DNA of 64,000 nt from Octopus vulgaris (taxonomy: Eukaryota): the NCBI GenBank assembly GCA_951406725.2, contig OX597827.1:78988001-79052000 (forward strand), in the 5' to 3' direction. A model generated the notes under the pieces. The model saw only the letters and a list, made by a program, of their open reading frames with translations, was not told the origin of the DNA and ran no database searches. Shown here piece by piece: positions 25,767 to 40,850 of this stretch; position 1 is the stretch's first letter, and each line of letters begins with the position of its first letter. The translations under genes were made by a program, and so were the position numbers.

Positions 25767-26246
25767 GGATATATGGAAAAGCTTCAGAAACTATTTCTCA
25801 GGATTTCGTGTAAGTGTTTAACAGACCAATTGTGATAATTTAATCCCAACTTTGTGATGAATATTTTCCTGAAACTCTGAATAAACAGTTTGTGAAGTCT
25901 TTTTCTTTTGGTTTCAATAAATGAGTATTTCGCTCTACCTGTAGTATTTGAGTACTAGGTTTGCTAACTTGTTTTGCACCTACGTGCTTATATATGTGTG
26001 TGTGTGTGTGTGTGCTGTCGTATTTATTTTTTCTCTTTGTCTTCAAATGGAATGCATTCTTTTTGTTCCATTTACAGCAGATGAAATATCATCATCAACC
26101 CATGATTAAACACAATGCACCAAGTATTATTATTATTATTATTATTTTATCCTTTTGGGGGTGATAAAATAAGCAATCGGCTAGCCCCCATCCCTCAAAA
26201 TTTCAGGCCTTGTGCCTACCGTAGAAAGGATTATTATTATTATTAC

Positions 26247-26300
<54 letters not shown>

Positions 26301-26304
26301 TTAT

Positions 26305-26363
<59 letters not shown>

Positions 26364-26607
26364 TCTCAGCTTTACTTTTGAAAATTTACTGAAATAAATG
26401 TTTTCAGCATGGTTGCTACGAAGATGATACACCTCTGCCTTTTCATGTCTTGTAATACCTACGGAGCTAGCAGTCTTGAGTTCATATCCTAACTGGGTCT
26501 AATTTATCTTTTGAAGCCAATCATTTGTTAGTCACAGTAAAGGGTTTTGTTTTTTTACTTTTCCCCAAGAATTTATGACTTCTTTTTTGTTGCCATTATC
26601 TATATTA

Positions 26608-26645
<38 letters not shown>

Positions 26646-27163
26646 AGAATAATAATTACTCAAATCAGTGATGACATAGACAAACGATTAAAGGAGATTG
26701 GGGTGGAATGTCCTGTAGAGCTTCTACAGAAGGTTTGCCTCTGAGGAACAGCAAAGATCTTTAGAAATGTTCTGAGCATTTGATGGTTTATCGGAATCAG
26801 GTGGATATCTAAGGTTACAGGGAGTAATCCACAACCCACATAAATTCTACCAGGAATAAGAATAAGACTAACCCTGAATCAAGTTGAATAAAAAAAAAAA
26901 AAATAAAAAAAAAAATAATAAAAATAATAATAATGATAATAATAATAATAATAACAATCCTTTCTATTGAAATTTTTTGGTAAGGGGTTAGGCAATTACC
27001 TCAACCTCAGTGAGCAGGTGATCCTTTGTTTACTGATCCTGCAGGGATGAAATACAAAATCAGCCTCGCCGGAATTTGAACTCAGAATGTAGAGCTGGAA
27101 GGAATGTTGCTAAACATTCTCTCTGATGCACCAACAGCTTCATCAGCTCTTAATAATAATAAT

Positions 27164-27213
<50 letters not shown>

Positions 27214-28316
27214 TAATAATAATTTTTAATTTCGGCCCAAAGGCCAGAAATTTTGGAGTTAAGGTCATAGTTGCTCAATTGCTCTGGACATTTGATAAAA
27301 CATCACCATCATCATCATCATCGCCATTGTCATCATCATCATCATTGTTGTTGTTATTCATCATCATCATAATCAATGCCTCTGCCACGACCACCACTGC
27401 TAATTAAACCTCTACAAGGGTCTATATTGATTGTAAGGTAAATAGTAAAGATGTGTTTATAATATTGTTAAGTACGGAAAGTGTGACTGTTGTTGTTGTT
27501 GCTGTTGTTGTTGTTGTTATGACTGAGTTTTCTGTGCATATTTATTGTCCTCATCGACATCATCATCATCATCATTATCACAACCAACACCACCATCATC
27601 CCAATCACCATCATCATCATCATCGTGATGAAAAGTAGCGTGCATTGGCAACAGATAGACTTAAAACACACACACACACATGCTAACACAGGAACATACC
27701 CCACACAACACACATGCACATACATGCACACATTTACACACACACACGCACACACATATACATCTACACACACACACACATCCATATTAGTATCTCTGTG
27801 AATTAACAACAATAACATCATCAATAACATCACCACCACCACAGATAATAACATTAATAATAATAATAATAATAATGATAACAATAATAACAAGAACAAC
27901 AACATTAACAAGAACAACACTGATAACACAAACTGGCAACTTGGTTTAAAGGAAGAGGGAAAGGGTTCTAATGTCACAAGAGGCAGCATATGTGTCCACA
28001 ATGGAATCAGCTCTCTCTCTCTTTTCATATCTATGTATATATACATACATACATACATATATATACACACATACATACATATATATACATATATATACAC
28101 ACATACATACATATACATACATACACACACACACTTATATATACACACATACACTATATCTATATCCTTCCAAAGTGTATGTGATGTTATGCAATGTAGC
28201 TATGTATGTATATTATTCTATTACTAATATGTAATTTACAAAAAAACAAAAGACGAAGACGGTTGTGTAAACAGAAAACAGATGTATTAGTTTAACGCTC
28301 GGGAAGTGAGAAAGTG

Positions 28317-28350
28317 TTTTACATTTCGAGCCTACGCTCTTCAGCAGAAA
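28317..28350 (-). ncRNA. Degenerate PLE-type hammerhead motif
   Basis: Minus strand ttt-CTGCTGA-A-GAGC-gtag-GCTC-GAAAT-GTA-aaa; the core carries substitutions. Confidence 0.45.
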
Positions 28351-28445
28351 GGAATACAGAAATGAACAGGGAGAGAAAATAGAAAAAAGGTTTAGTGGCT
28401 AGCGATCTATATATATATATGTATATATATATGTATATATATATG

Positions 28446-28506
<61 letters not shown>

Positions 28507-29564
28507 TTGTGTGTGTGTGTGTGTGTTTAATGATTTAATGAGGTGCACCACAAAAATAACAAAATTATATTTGAAAACTCGTGAGAAGAAAACCAATTGA
28601 AATCTGTTTTATTTATGAAGCAAAGAAGTAAAGAATGAGAATTCTCTGAAGTTTATATTAGTTTATATTAAATTCCGTTTAATATACTTTTTGGACTTAA
28701 CACTTTGGGAACCATTTTAAGAACTTTGCTGCTTAACCAAACTTGGTTGAGCTTGGTGAAGGGTGACTAAGGTTGACTAACAGTGAATAAAGATGATCAG
28801 AGCATCTGAATAAACGTTAACAGTAACGACAACAACAACAAGGAACTATGCAGCTATGTAGCATCACCATTTCCGTTAGAGGGAGCAGATACACACCAGA
28901 AGTCTTGTGCCATGCTCACAAGACAGATAGAGAAGGTGGGAGTGGGGTGGGTAGGGTGGGGGTGGGGGGAGAGTTACAGTTAGAATATTTAAGTTCAACT
29001 TCAGGAAAACTGACAAAGGCTACTCAACGATGACGACAACGACGACAACGACAACAACAACGACAACAACAACAACAACAACAGCAGCAGCAGCAGCAGT
29101 GGGAAACAAAAAAAAATTGCCAAGATTTCTATATTCACGTCGTTATATCAAAAATATTTTTGGACTTTTCTTTCTAATATTAGGGTTCTCAATGAAGCTG
29201 GGACCTAATTCCTTGATTGGCAAAACCTTTTTATCACTGATTACCATCCATTATGGATCACATATTGTATTCCTTCAGTTCCCATGGTTACTGAAAGCAA
29301 ACTCAACAACATTTCCTCTCTGCGTCTGAGCTCTTCTCTCATTCCTCGCTGTTGCTCTTAACACTAATTCTCTTCAAGAGTTTCATTGAAAGTAATGCAC
29401 ACACTCACACATTCACTTGCACACATGTCTAAAATTTGCGTGACCCAGGAGGGGTTGATGTGCTCAGTCTAGAGTTATGAATTAGTATGAAGGACACATC
29501 AAATATGAGAGGAAAACATGGAAAGAAATAAATTCAGACTTCACATCTTTCTCATACACACACA

Positions 29565-29603
<39 letters not shown>

Positions 29604-30411
29604 ATCTATGTATGGTACAGGTTGTTTGTAGATTTCATATATGCTGACCTTTAGTACACTGTAGGTGCATTATATCACTGTCGAGTTTTCTCCCCTGTTG
29701 TAACAGGGCAGTGACAGGGGAGACAATTCTGGAGAAAATGCAGTGTGTTAAAGGTTAACAAAAGAAGAAAGTAGTCAGAATTTGGTAAAATATAATCTAC
29801 TGACTGCTTTCATCCTCTTTAGGAATTTGTCATAAATTCATGATGAGTCCCTGGAGAGGAAGAAAGCACTTAAATAGTATTTTCCCAAATTCTGACTACT
29901 TCCTTCTTTTGTATAAGAAAAGAATGGAAATCACTTGTAGGCTGACCGTTCTTGGATGCAACTGGAACCGGTCAAAGGGAGATAACTCATGCAGAAAAGA
30001 TTTCATTCCAAGAGTCTCTAGTTGACCAAAACTGTATTACTAACTCCTTTAGTAGTGGGGTTATATGCCGCTGATCAGCAGGTCTGAGGAGTTGCCTGTT
30101 TTAAAACCAATGGTAACTTCTTGACCAGCCATAACCAATGGCCACATTAAATATATTTATATAAATGTGTGCGTGTATGTATATATGTATGCATATATAT
30201 ATATGCATACGAGATGCAGCACAGATTTTGTCAGTGAACAGGTCGCGGATTTTAGCGATGAAAATATTTTGACAAATTAAACTTAAATGTTGAAGTGAAT
30301 CGAACGGCTTTTGTGTGTTTCTTAAATGGCTTACAAACACCTTCCACGCTGCAATTGTTTTCGTTTCAGCACACGATCTCAGATCAAATCACTTGCTATG
30401 CGAGTACGTCT

Positions 30412-30448
<37 letters not shown>

Positions 30449-30713
30449 GCCGATGCCAGTGTCGCCTCGACTGGCTTCTGTGCCGGTGGCACATAAAAAG
30501 CACCATCCGAACGTGGCTGATGCCAGCACCGCTGGCACCTTTGCCGGTGGCACGTAAAAATCACCCACTACACTCGCGGAGTGGTTGGCGTTAGGAAGGG
30601 CATCCGGCTGTAGAAACACTGCCAGATCAGACCGGAGCCTGGTGCAGCCCCTGGCTTCCCAGGCCACTGTCGAACCGTCCAACCCGTGCTAGCGCGGAAA
30701 ACAGACGTTAAAC

Positions 30714-30828
<115 letters not shown>

Positions 30829-31623
30829 TGTATATATATATATACACATATATATATATATATATATATATACGTACATACATATATGACTGGCTGTGAT
30901 ACAGATGTTTGTGATATAGTGAACTGTGGTTTGGCTGGATAGTTGTGACTCAGCTGTGACCTGCCTAGCAGTCACATGACTAGAGGTGACACAATTGTCA
31001 TGTGACTTACTGTGGTACTTGAACAGAAATAAAAAGAATGTGAGCCAAAGGCATTACTGTTGTGGAGCCGAGGGAAAGAGAATATCGCAGGGGCCAATGC
31101 TACACCTGAGATTGAACTCAGTTCATCTCTGATTCCCTCTGAGTTTAGATCTGTCATGATCTATAGTTATAATAGTGATGATGATGATGTTGGTATTTAT
31201 GATGATGATGATGAACCTGATAATGACATGATGGTAATGGTGATGGTGATAGTGATGATGATGATGACGATGATGTGATGACGATGATGTGATGATGATG
31301 ATGTGATGACATTAATAAGATCATAGGAATCCAATAATGAACAAGATGAAAGGAGCGTGATGGCCTGTTGTCATGACAACAACAGCAGCAACACTTTGGC
31401 CATCACCACTGATGGAGCAAAAGGGAAGTGAGCTGTTTCAACAACAACCACAGCAACAACAACACCAACACCTATTGCAATAGTTTGAAGAAACCTGCAA
31501 CAGCACAAACGAGTTGACCCTAACCCAAGCCTGGACTGGTTCCGACTAATCCTGGAACTTTCCATCTGTTTCCTTAACACTAACCTACTTGCTTTTGTTC
31601 AGATACAGACACCACTTTTATGG

Positions 31624-31665
<42 letters not shown>

Positions 31666-31992
31666 AGCTAAATAAGATTTAAGTAAAATCCTTGTAGAAA
31701 GCTATGCAAAGCTCATCCAAAATTGCTGGCTACCTGATGTCATCATGCAATGGAAATGCTCTTGTTACTGGATATACATCAGGAAATTTCATAATATCTA
31801 AAGAGTTTATATATAAATATAAATGGCGGTGCCCCAGCATGGCCAAAGCTCATAAGCTGAAACTAGAATCAATCAATCAATCAGCTAAATGATAGAAAAC
31901 GGAATGGATGGCATTCTTATATAGTGACATTCTATATATAGTGTATATATACATACACGCATATAATTATATATATACATACAGGCTAACAG

Positions 31993-32023
<31 letters not shown>

Positions 32024-32781
32024 CATACATACAGTCATATGTATGTATGTGCATATTTGAATCCGGTCACTTAGCAACCAAGCTAGTGTCTTCTGATTAG
32101 GTCATCCCCCTTATCATCATATGGAGGGAATAACATGACCACAACACCTGTATATTTTCTGGCTCTCCAGGGACTGGCAATTGTTATATCTCTCACCTGT
32201 CTTCCAGAGAAGAAAATATCTGAAATGGCTGCTGTTATAGTTTATCCCAGGTCAATCTCAACCAGCAGATAGGAAATGAAAGTTGTTCTAGCCATAGAGT
32301 CAGGTGTACCTTCGGCTGCATTGCTCAATGTATCATTCCTTGTTTAAAGGTAGTATGTATGATTTGGTGGAGGCGCAATGTGGTTAGGGCAGCAGACTCG
32401 CGGTCGCAGGATCGCGGTTTCGATTCCCAGACCGGGCGTTGTGTGTGTTTATTGAGCGAAAACACCTAAAAGAAGCTCCACGAGGCTCCGACAGGGGGTG
32501 GTGATCCCTGCTGTACTCTTTCTCCCACTCTTTCTTCTGTTGGCCTGCTCGCTTAGCCAGCGGGGTGGCGTCATTCGAAGGCTAAAACAATGCGAACACA
32601 TTGTGACCAGCGATGTGTAACAACATCTGATGGACTGGTCGGTCACGTGATCATGTGATGTATGATTTGAGGGAGATTTGGCTATCACTTCTATCACATG
32701 AAACAACTGCCCAGAGGCTCCCTTGCTCTGTCTCCAATTACTGCTCTCCACAATTGTATTTATAATAATAATAATAATAAT

Positions 32782-33145
32782 AAGTACACTATGCTGGAGC
32801 ATAGATATCACATGCCCAGCTGACAACAAGGTATGTGATAAGGAAGAAAGAAAAGTCGATAGGTCTGACAGGTTAGCTTGGGAGGTAAAGACGTGGTCAA
32901 TGAAAAAGGTGGTAGTGGTACCAATAATTGCCGGAGCCCTGGGAACAGTGAGTAAAAATCTCAAGAAGTACATGGAACAAATAGGGGCTGCAATAAGGGT
33001 GGAGCACTTGCAGAAAACAACACTGCTTGGAACTGCTTGAATACTCTGGAAGGTGCTCGAAAAATAAGGGATGTTACCTTAGTTCACTAGTAGTGAACAG
33101 CTGACACCATAGTACATCGCCAGTGTTAGAAGCTGTGCAAAGGCA
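32782..33145 (+). mobile_element. 3' fragment of R4/Dong-type non-LTR retrotransposon (RLE end) in (TAA)n
   Basis: IDITCPADNKVCDKEERK...VVPIIAGALGTVSKNLKKYMEQIG...LQKTTLLGT, flanked by (aat)n. Related fragments at about 45643-45905(-), 53495-53676(+), 59071-59356(+), and a different subfamily at 26660-26892(+). Confidence 0.8.
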
Positions 33146-33936
33146 ATAATAATAATAATAATAATAAATAACATAAATATAGCTCAGTATATATATTAAC
33201 TCTTTTCTATTTTGATTTGTTTAAGATGAATTCAAATCTGAATCAGGATCTTTAAGATATAATCATAACATGGAACTCAAAGCTTCTACTCCTTTTCTTA
33301 TTGTAATTTGCTCAACTGGCTTACATCTGCTGAAGAGATCTAATAAGGTAGAAACATGTATAAAGTTATGAATCATCCTTGCTAAAGTCAGGATCACTTC
33401 TTTACTGTAATTTGTTTTTTTAATTAATCTTAATTATTTAAAATTAATTGAAATCCTGTGGAGGTTGTCTCCCCTGATTTTCTTAAACAGAATTAGATGT
33501 TTAGATGACGAATTTTCCTATCCACTGTGGATGTAATTCTTGTCAGAATTTCTTGTTTAACTACATAAATTATGTTAATTATGTTAGCAATTATGTTTAC
33601 TCTTTTTTTTTTCTCATGCAGCAGGCATTGCTGGGTATTTTGCCCCCCGTCACTTAAATACATATCTGTTGATGAGTGTTGTGCATGAAACTCTAGGAGC
33701 CTGAGTCATTTACATACATGCATACATACATATATGAGTATATATGTATGTGTGTGTAATTATAGATATATACTTACAAGAACACACACACATATATATA
33801 TAAATATATATACATACACATATACATATATATAAACATATACACATACATATACACACACATACATATCTATATATACATACATATACGTATACACACA
33901 CACTTTACTATTAAAGCTGTAAAAATATCACAAAAC

Positions 33937-33974
33937 CTGCTACTCAGAGTTTCCCATTCCCGTTCATCAGGCAG
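33937..33974 (-). ncRNA. Type I hammerhead ribozyme motif inside a small inverted-repeat PLE-like fragment (about 33903-34085)
   Basis: Minus strand ctgc-CTGATGA-acgggaatgg-GAAAC-tctga-GTA-gcag with stem I ctgc/gcag. Flanking inverted arms at about 33903-33935 and 33988-34020. Confidence 0.6.
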
Positions 33975-34105
33975 TTGTGATTCTGATATTTTTGTCATGT
34001 TTTTGCAGCTTTAATAATAAAGCATATTACTCTACCTCCAGTATTTGAGTACTATTTCTTCCCACCTCGTTTCACATTTACGTGCTTACTTGGGCATATA
34101 CATAC

Positions 34106-34144
<39 letters not shown>

Positions 34145-34159
34145 TATACACACACACAT

Positions 34160-34193
<34 letters not shown>

Positions 34194-34214
34194 ATATATA
34201 CATATACATATATG

Positions 34215-34264
<50 letters not shown>

Positions 34265-34660
34265 CATACATATGCATATATATACATATGTGTGTGTGTG
34301 TGTGTGTGTGTATAAACGGTTTCCATGATATTGATAAGAACTGGTTTTCTGAGTCTGTCATCTACCTACAGGTAAGTGCTGGTCTGATAAGAGCCCCATC
34401 ACTCCATGGCCTCTGCCACATGGGAGCTAAACTGATTTAGGGTCTTATATATAGATTCTCCACCACAATAAACAATGCTACTGGCCTGGTAATAGGTTGA
34501 ATCCCTAGGGAGCCTGTATTGTATAGAATTTTTAGATATATTTAACAAGAAATAAATTTTATATAACATACACTCAAATTTATATATATATATGTAACTA
34601 TATACATATGTACATCCATATACATACATACCTATACATATATACATATATATATATATA

Positions 34661-34765
<105 letters not shown>

Positions 34766-36667
34766 TGCATATGTCTACAATTGCACAAGTAGAACATACA
34801 CACACAGACATATATACTGTACATATTTATATGTAACTGACATGAAGAGATAGTAAGCACGTCCACTGACCTGTTTTGAAGAGAAAGAAAAAAATAAATA
34901 TTTATAGATATAAATATAAAAATAAATTTCACCAAACATTGTATATAACACGACAAAAAATGATGCAAAAACACAATGACTATAATGTGAATATGATCTG
35001 TTCAGCTATACATATGTGAACAATGCATAACAAACATTATATATTTGAGAGTGTCTATATATTTGTTTATGAATACATACATACATACATATATATACAC
35101 ACACATACATACATACATATACATATATATATATATATATATACATACATACATATACATGTGTGTTTGTGTGTGTGTGTGTGTTTGTCCTCCTAGCATT
35201 GCTTGACAACCGATGCTGGTGTGTTTACGTCCCCTGTAACTTAGCGGTTCGGCAAAAGAGACCGATAGAATAAGTACTGGGCTTACAAAGAGTAAGTCCC
35301 GGGGTCGATTTGCTCGACTAAAGGCGGTGCTCCAGCATGGCTGCAGTCAAATGACTGAAACAAGTAAAAGAGTAAGAGTAAAGTGTATACATATTTATAC
35401 ATTCATATATGATATATACATACATTTATAGATATATGTATATATGTGTATATATATATATATGTATATATATATAATACATACATATATACATACATGC
35501 ATATTATACACACATACATACATGCATACAAATATATTAAAAGCATGTATACTCATATGTGTGTGTGTATATATATATTTGTGTTTGTGCATGTGCACTT
35601 GTATGTCTATACACACACATACACAATGTAATCATACACAACTCTATACACATTCACACTCTTTCACATGCATGCATATATTTGTGTGTCTTACTAAAGA
35701 AAACATGGTATTAAGTCATATGTTTTGTATTAAAAATTTTTCATGTTTCATTGACAAACCAGAGACTTGAGAGTTCCATCATTGTATTGATATTTCCTCT
35801 ATCTTATCTTTTGGATAATGAAAACATTTCTGATATTTGTCATTTGTTTCATATACTAGTGGATAATCCTGATATACTTGCAAATAATCCTGATCTTCTG
35901 TCACTGCACTCCTTTCTATTCACCTTATTGTACATTGAGGGTCCGCTCTGATACCTAATCACCACCATATTCATCTCTCTTTCCAGTTTCATTCCATTTA
36001 CTTCCAGCCACCCGTATATAATACAGGTAGCCATGTATCTCCTTTTTCTGTTTCTACCTCTCATACCATATCTTAGCCTTTAAAGACTTTTTGCATACAG
36101 CCCTCTCCATCTCTACTGTACTCCCACTCAGTTGAGATAGCTCTCTAGTCTTGCATGTCACATGGCAACCTCACCAGTGCTGGTGCCAAGAAAAAAAAAA
36201 GCATCCAATACACTCTGTAAAGTGGTTGGTGTCAGAAAAGGTAACCAACTATTGAAATCATGACATAACTCGGACAGTGGAGCACAATGTGTTGGATTTT
36301 GTCAAACTGTCCAACCCATGCCAGCATGGAAGGTGGATGTGAAATGATGATGATAATAATGACGATGATAATGATGATGATAATGATGGTGGTGGTGGTG
36401 GTGGTGGTAGTGATGGGGATCTTGAATTCATGATGGTAATGTTATCACTTGGAATCTCCACTCTAAGGGTCAATACATGCTGATACACCCAGGAAGGTTC
36501 TTGTTTCAAGCCTAATCTACAGCACTATTCAGGAAAGATGAAAGATCCTTTCTATGAAACATAAACATTGAACCACAAACCATGTTTAGAAAGACAAAGA
36601 AAAGAGAAATACTCCTCATATACACACACGCACACACACACATGCTTATGTATTTGTCTGTCCTCAA

Positions 36668-36706
<39 letters not shown>

Positions 36707-36808
36707 AATATTCTATAATTATAAACATAATTATAATCAGGGGTCAGCTAATTGCTTTGCCACGCACTGAATTTAGAAATAGGGGTTAAAATACCTTTTC
36801 CGCTACCA

Positions 36809-36840
<32 letters not shown>

Positions 36841-36896
36841 CATGTTTCACACTACACCATGTACCACACACTGACACTAACACACACATACATACA

Positions 36897-36930
<34 letters not shown>

Positions 36931-37353
36931 ATTAAACAAATATGTGTGCAATGATAGAGACCTTGATGGATAGATAGATGTGTTTATGAATGTGTGTGTG
37001 TGTGTGTGTATGTATGTACAGATTTATGTATGTATGTATGTATGTATGGACAAATAGATAGATAAAACATATTAGTGAAAGTATGCAGCACTTTTATACA
37101 TGGTTTCACATGCAGACTTTGTAAATCAAATATAAATAAACAAAATATAAATGTATAAATAAATTTAAAAAATTTAAATGAAATATTATTTACAAATATC
37201 ATGATCACTGTCACCACACACACATACACACATACATACATACACACATACATACACACACACATGCATACATACATACATACATACATACATACACACA
37301 TACATACATACATACACACATACACACATACATACATACATACACATATACAT

Positions 37354-37388
<35 letters not shown>

Positions 37389-37593
37389 TTTATACAGACC
37401 TACACACATATAAAACAAATGCATATAATATGAAAAATATGTGGTGTATCAGGGACAAATTTATGTAAAACAGGGAAAATAATAATAATAATAATAATAA
37501 TAAAATATGTATGCATTAATATTATCATTATAAACCTTGCATGACCATAAATCACACATATACATATACACACATAAACGCATACACATGGAA

Positions 37594-37663
<70 letters not shown>

Positions 37664-38021
37664 GTATTTAGGTATGTATGTATGCATACATAAAATGTTA
37701 CCAAGAATGTGTGGGTCGGTTGTATAAAAGTTTTCCAAAAAGGAAATTTCTCAAATGAAGAAAGAAAGAATTAAAAAACAAAACTGAAACAAAAATACAA
37801 ATAGAAATGAAAGAAATCCCATAAAAAATAATATTAAAAATAGAAATCTTAAAATGATGTGTTCAGTCTTGTTCAGAGTGGTGGGTGGGTTTCATAGCTC
37901 AAAATCCTGTTTTAGGATTAGGAGTAATGAGTAAACTAGAATATATATATATATATATATATATTATAAAAAAAAATGTATATGTATATATATACATATA
38001 TATATATACATATATATATAC

Positions 38022-38053
<32 letters not shown>

Positions 38054-38059
38054 ATACTT

Positions 38060-38112
<53 letters not shown>

Positions 38113-38175
38113 TATATATGTGAGTGTATAAATATATATATATATATACATATGTATATATATATACATGCATCC

Positions 38176-38230
<55 letters not shown>

Positions 38231-39453
38231 TAAACCAAAAACAAGGAAAGTGAAAAACAACAAAAGAAACAGATATACAAAAATAAAAAGAAAGCTATGG
38301 AAATTTCGATTGTTTCTGGTAAATGTTGGTGTTTTGTGTGTTGCATGGAGAAAGGAATAAAATTAGAAACAAAGGAACAATATACAAAAATTTGACTAAA
38401 GTTTGTTGAAAATGGACAAATACAGTGAAGTAGGCTATTTTTCAGTCATCACTCTTTCATATTTTGTCATAGATACTCAGTATTTAATCATATTTACTCA
38501 TATTTAATCATATTTAATCATACTTAGCCATATTTTAAATATCTGTTATTGCAATATTGGAATATTTTATCCTAAACGTTTAATTTTTTATGTCCTATTA
38601 TCTTATTTTATCATGAATTTATTATATTTTCGCATCATAGTAGCTTCAAATTTTTGTGACAGTGCTTCAATGCTTCATCATATTTTCCAAGACAAGTCTT
38701 TTTAAAAAATCATAATTATGTTTCATCATAATTTCTTACTATCTTGTGCTATTGTTTCTAAAATGTCTATCAGAGACACTTAATTTCTATATCATAGGAT
38801 CATAATCTTTTGTCATATTGCTGGAATGTTTCATCATATTTTCTAAGACAAGTCTTTTTAAAACATCATAATTTCTCAGTATTTCATTGTAATGTCTTAC
38901 TGTTTGGTCATTTTCATATTTTGTTAACATTTAATAATATAGTTTCTAAACATCTATCATAGCAGTATAAGGTTTTATCATGAATTGCTTTAAGACTTAT
39001 CATAAATGGCTCAATATTTTGTCATTGACTATTGTGAACGTATCACAAGGAATTTCTTACTGGAGTTTCTTAATTTCTCATCATAATTTCTTGTCATAGT
39101 TTAACAATTGTCAAATTATCAACAGAATCTTATGTCCATGGGACAGAAAAACCCCCAACGAATTGAAGAAATTGAAGACAAACTGAAAAAAAAAAAATCA
39201 ATCACAATTGTTTTGCACAGAATTGATATATATATATATGTGTGTATATATATATATGCATATATATGTATATGTCTATATATGTGTGTGTATATATATG
39301 TGTCTGTGTGTGTGTATTCACATATACACACACACACACGCATGTACATACATATATGTGTATGTATTTGTGTATATATGTATAAAATCATATGTGAATT
39401 TATGTATGTTGTGTCTGTGTGCATGCATGTGTGTGTGTGTATATATATATAAT

Positions 39454-39573
<120 letters not shown>

Positions 39574-39577
39574 TATA

Positions 39578-39697
<120 letters not shown>

Positions 39698-40207
39698 ATA
39701 TTTTCTGTTTGGGCCTCCATGTGGATATCATAATTTTATTTTAAGACTCACTCCTCAGTCTTTCTCTGTGATGATCATTATCATTTTTGATATATTTACA
39801 CACAATCATATGCACACATACACACGCATACACACACACATGTATGCACGTGTGTGAGCACACACACACACATGCATGCAGACACGCTCACCTCTCTTTT
39901 CCCATTTGTACATTCAGTCACCTCTTACACACACACACATACACTCTCTCTCTCTCTCTCTCTCTTTCAAAACTATCCCCTCCACCCCGCCACCTATTCT
40001 TCCGTGCCATTCCGTTCATTTCAGAAGTTGGCTCTCAGTATTCTCTGTTTTTGGATGAAGCCAAGTCGACCCAAGAGTGAAGTTTAAAGAGAGAACTGGT
40101 TGTAACTCTTGCGTGGATACTTGCATGATGTCAATGGGAACATGTGTGTGTGTGTATGTGTATGTGAGTGTGTGTGTGTATTTATGTCTATAAAGATATA
40201 TGGAAAA

Positions 40208-40243
<36 letters not shown>

Positions 40244-40336
40244 GTATGTGTGTATGTATATGTATATATGCATATGTATGTGTTGTGTGTGGGTGTGTGT
40301 ATGCATGCACACACACACACACACATGCACACACAC

Positions 40337-40368
<32 letters not shown>

Positions 40369-40689
40369 CTATATTTATATACATATATACATACACACCT
40401 ATACACACACATGACCAAAGTCACACATACATGCACACATATATAATATCTATATCCACTTTGATATATATATATGTATATATATATAGGTACATAGTTA
40501 TAGAGTTCAAATATAGTTATATGTATATATATATGTGTACGTGTATATATATGTATATAAGTATATATATATGTTTATATATGTATATATGTATATGTAT
40601 GTATATGTATATATATGTATGTATGTGTGTGTGTATATATATATATATATATGCATATGTATATATATATACATACATGTATGTGTGTG

Positions 40690-40739
<50 letters not shown>

Positions 40740-40850
40740 CAGTTCAAACATATTTTGCCAGAGTATGTTGTCAAGTTTAAGGGTCAAGTATATTGACCTC
40801 TTTTAATTGATTTTCACCAAATGACCTGAACTTTGCGGTCAGATTAATTT

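Noticed and set aside
32368-32440. Functional tRNA genes (also about 4330-4406 and 52473-52545)
   Set aside because: A/B boxes are present but acceptor stems are imperfect and each runs into a repeat body, so they are SINE heads.
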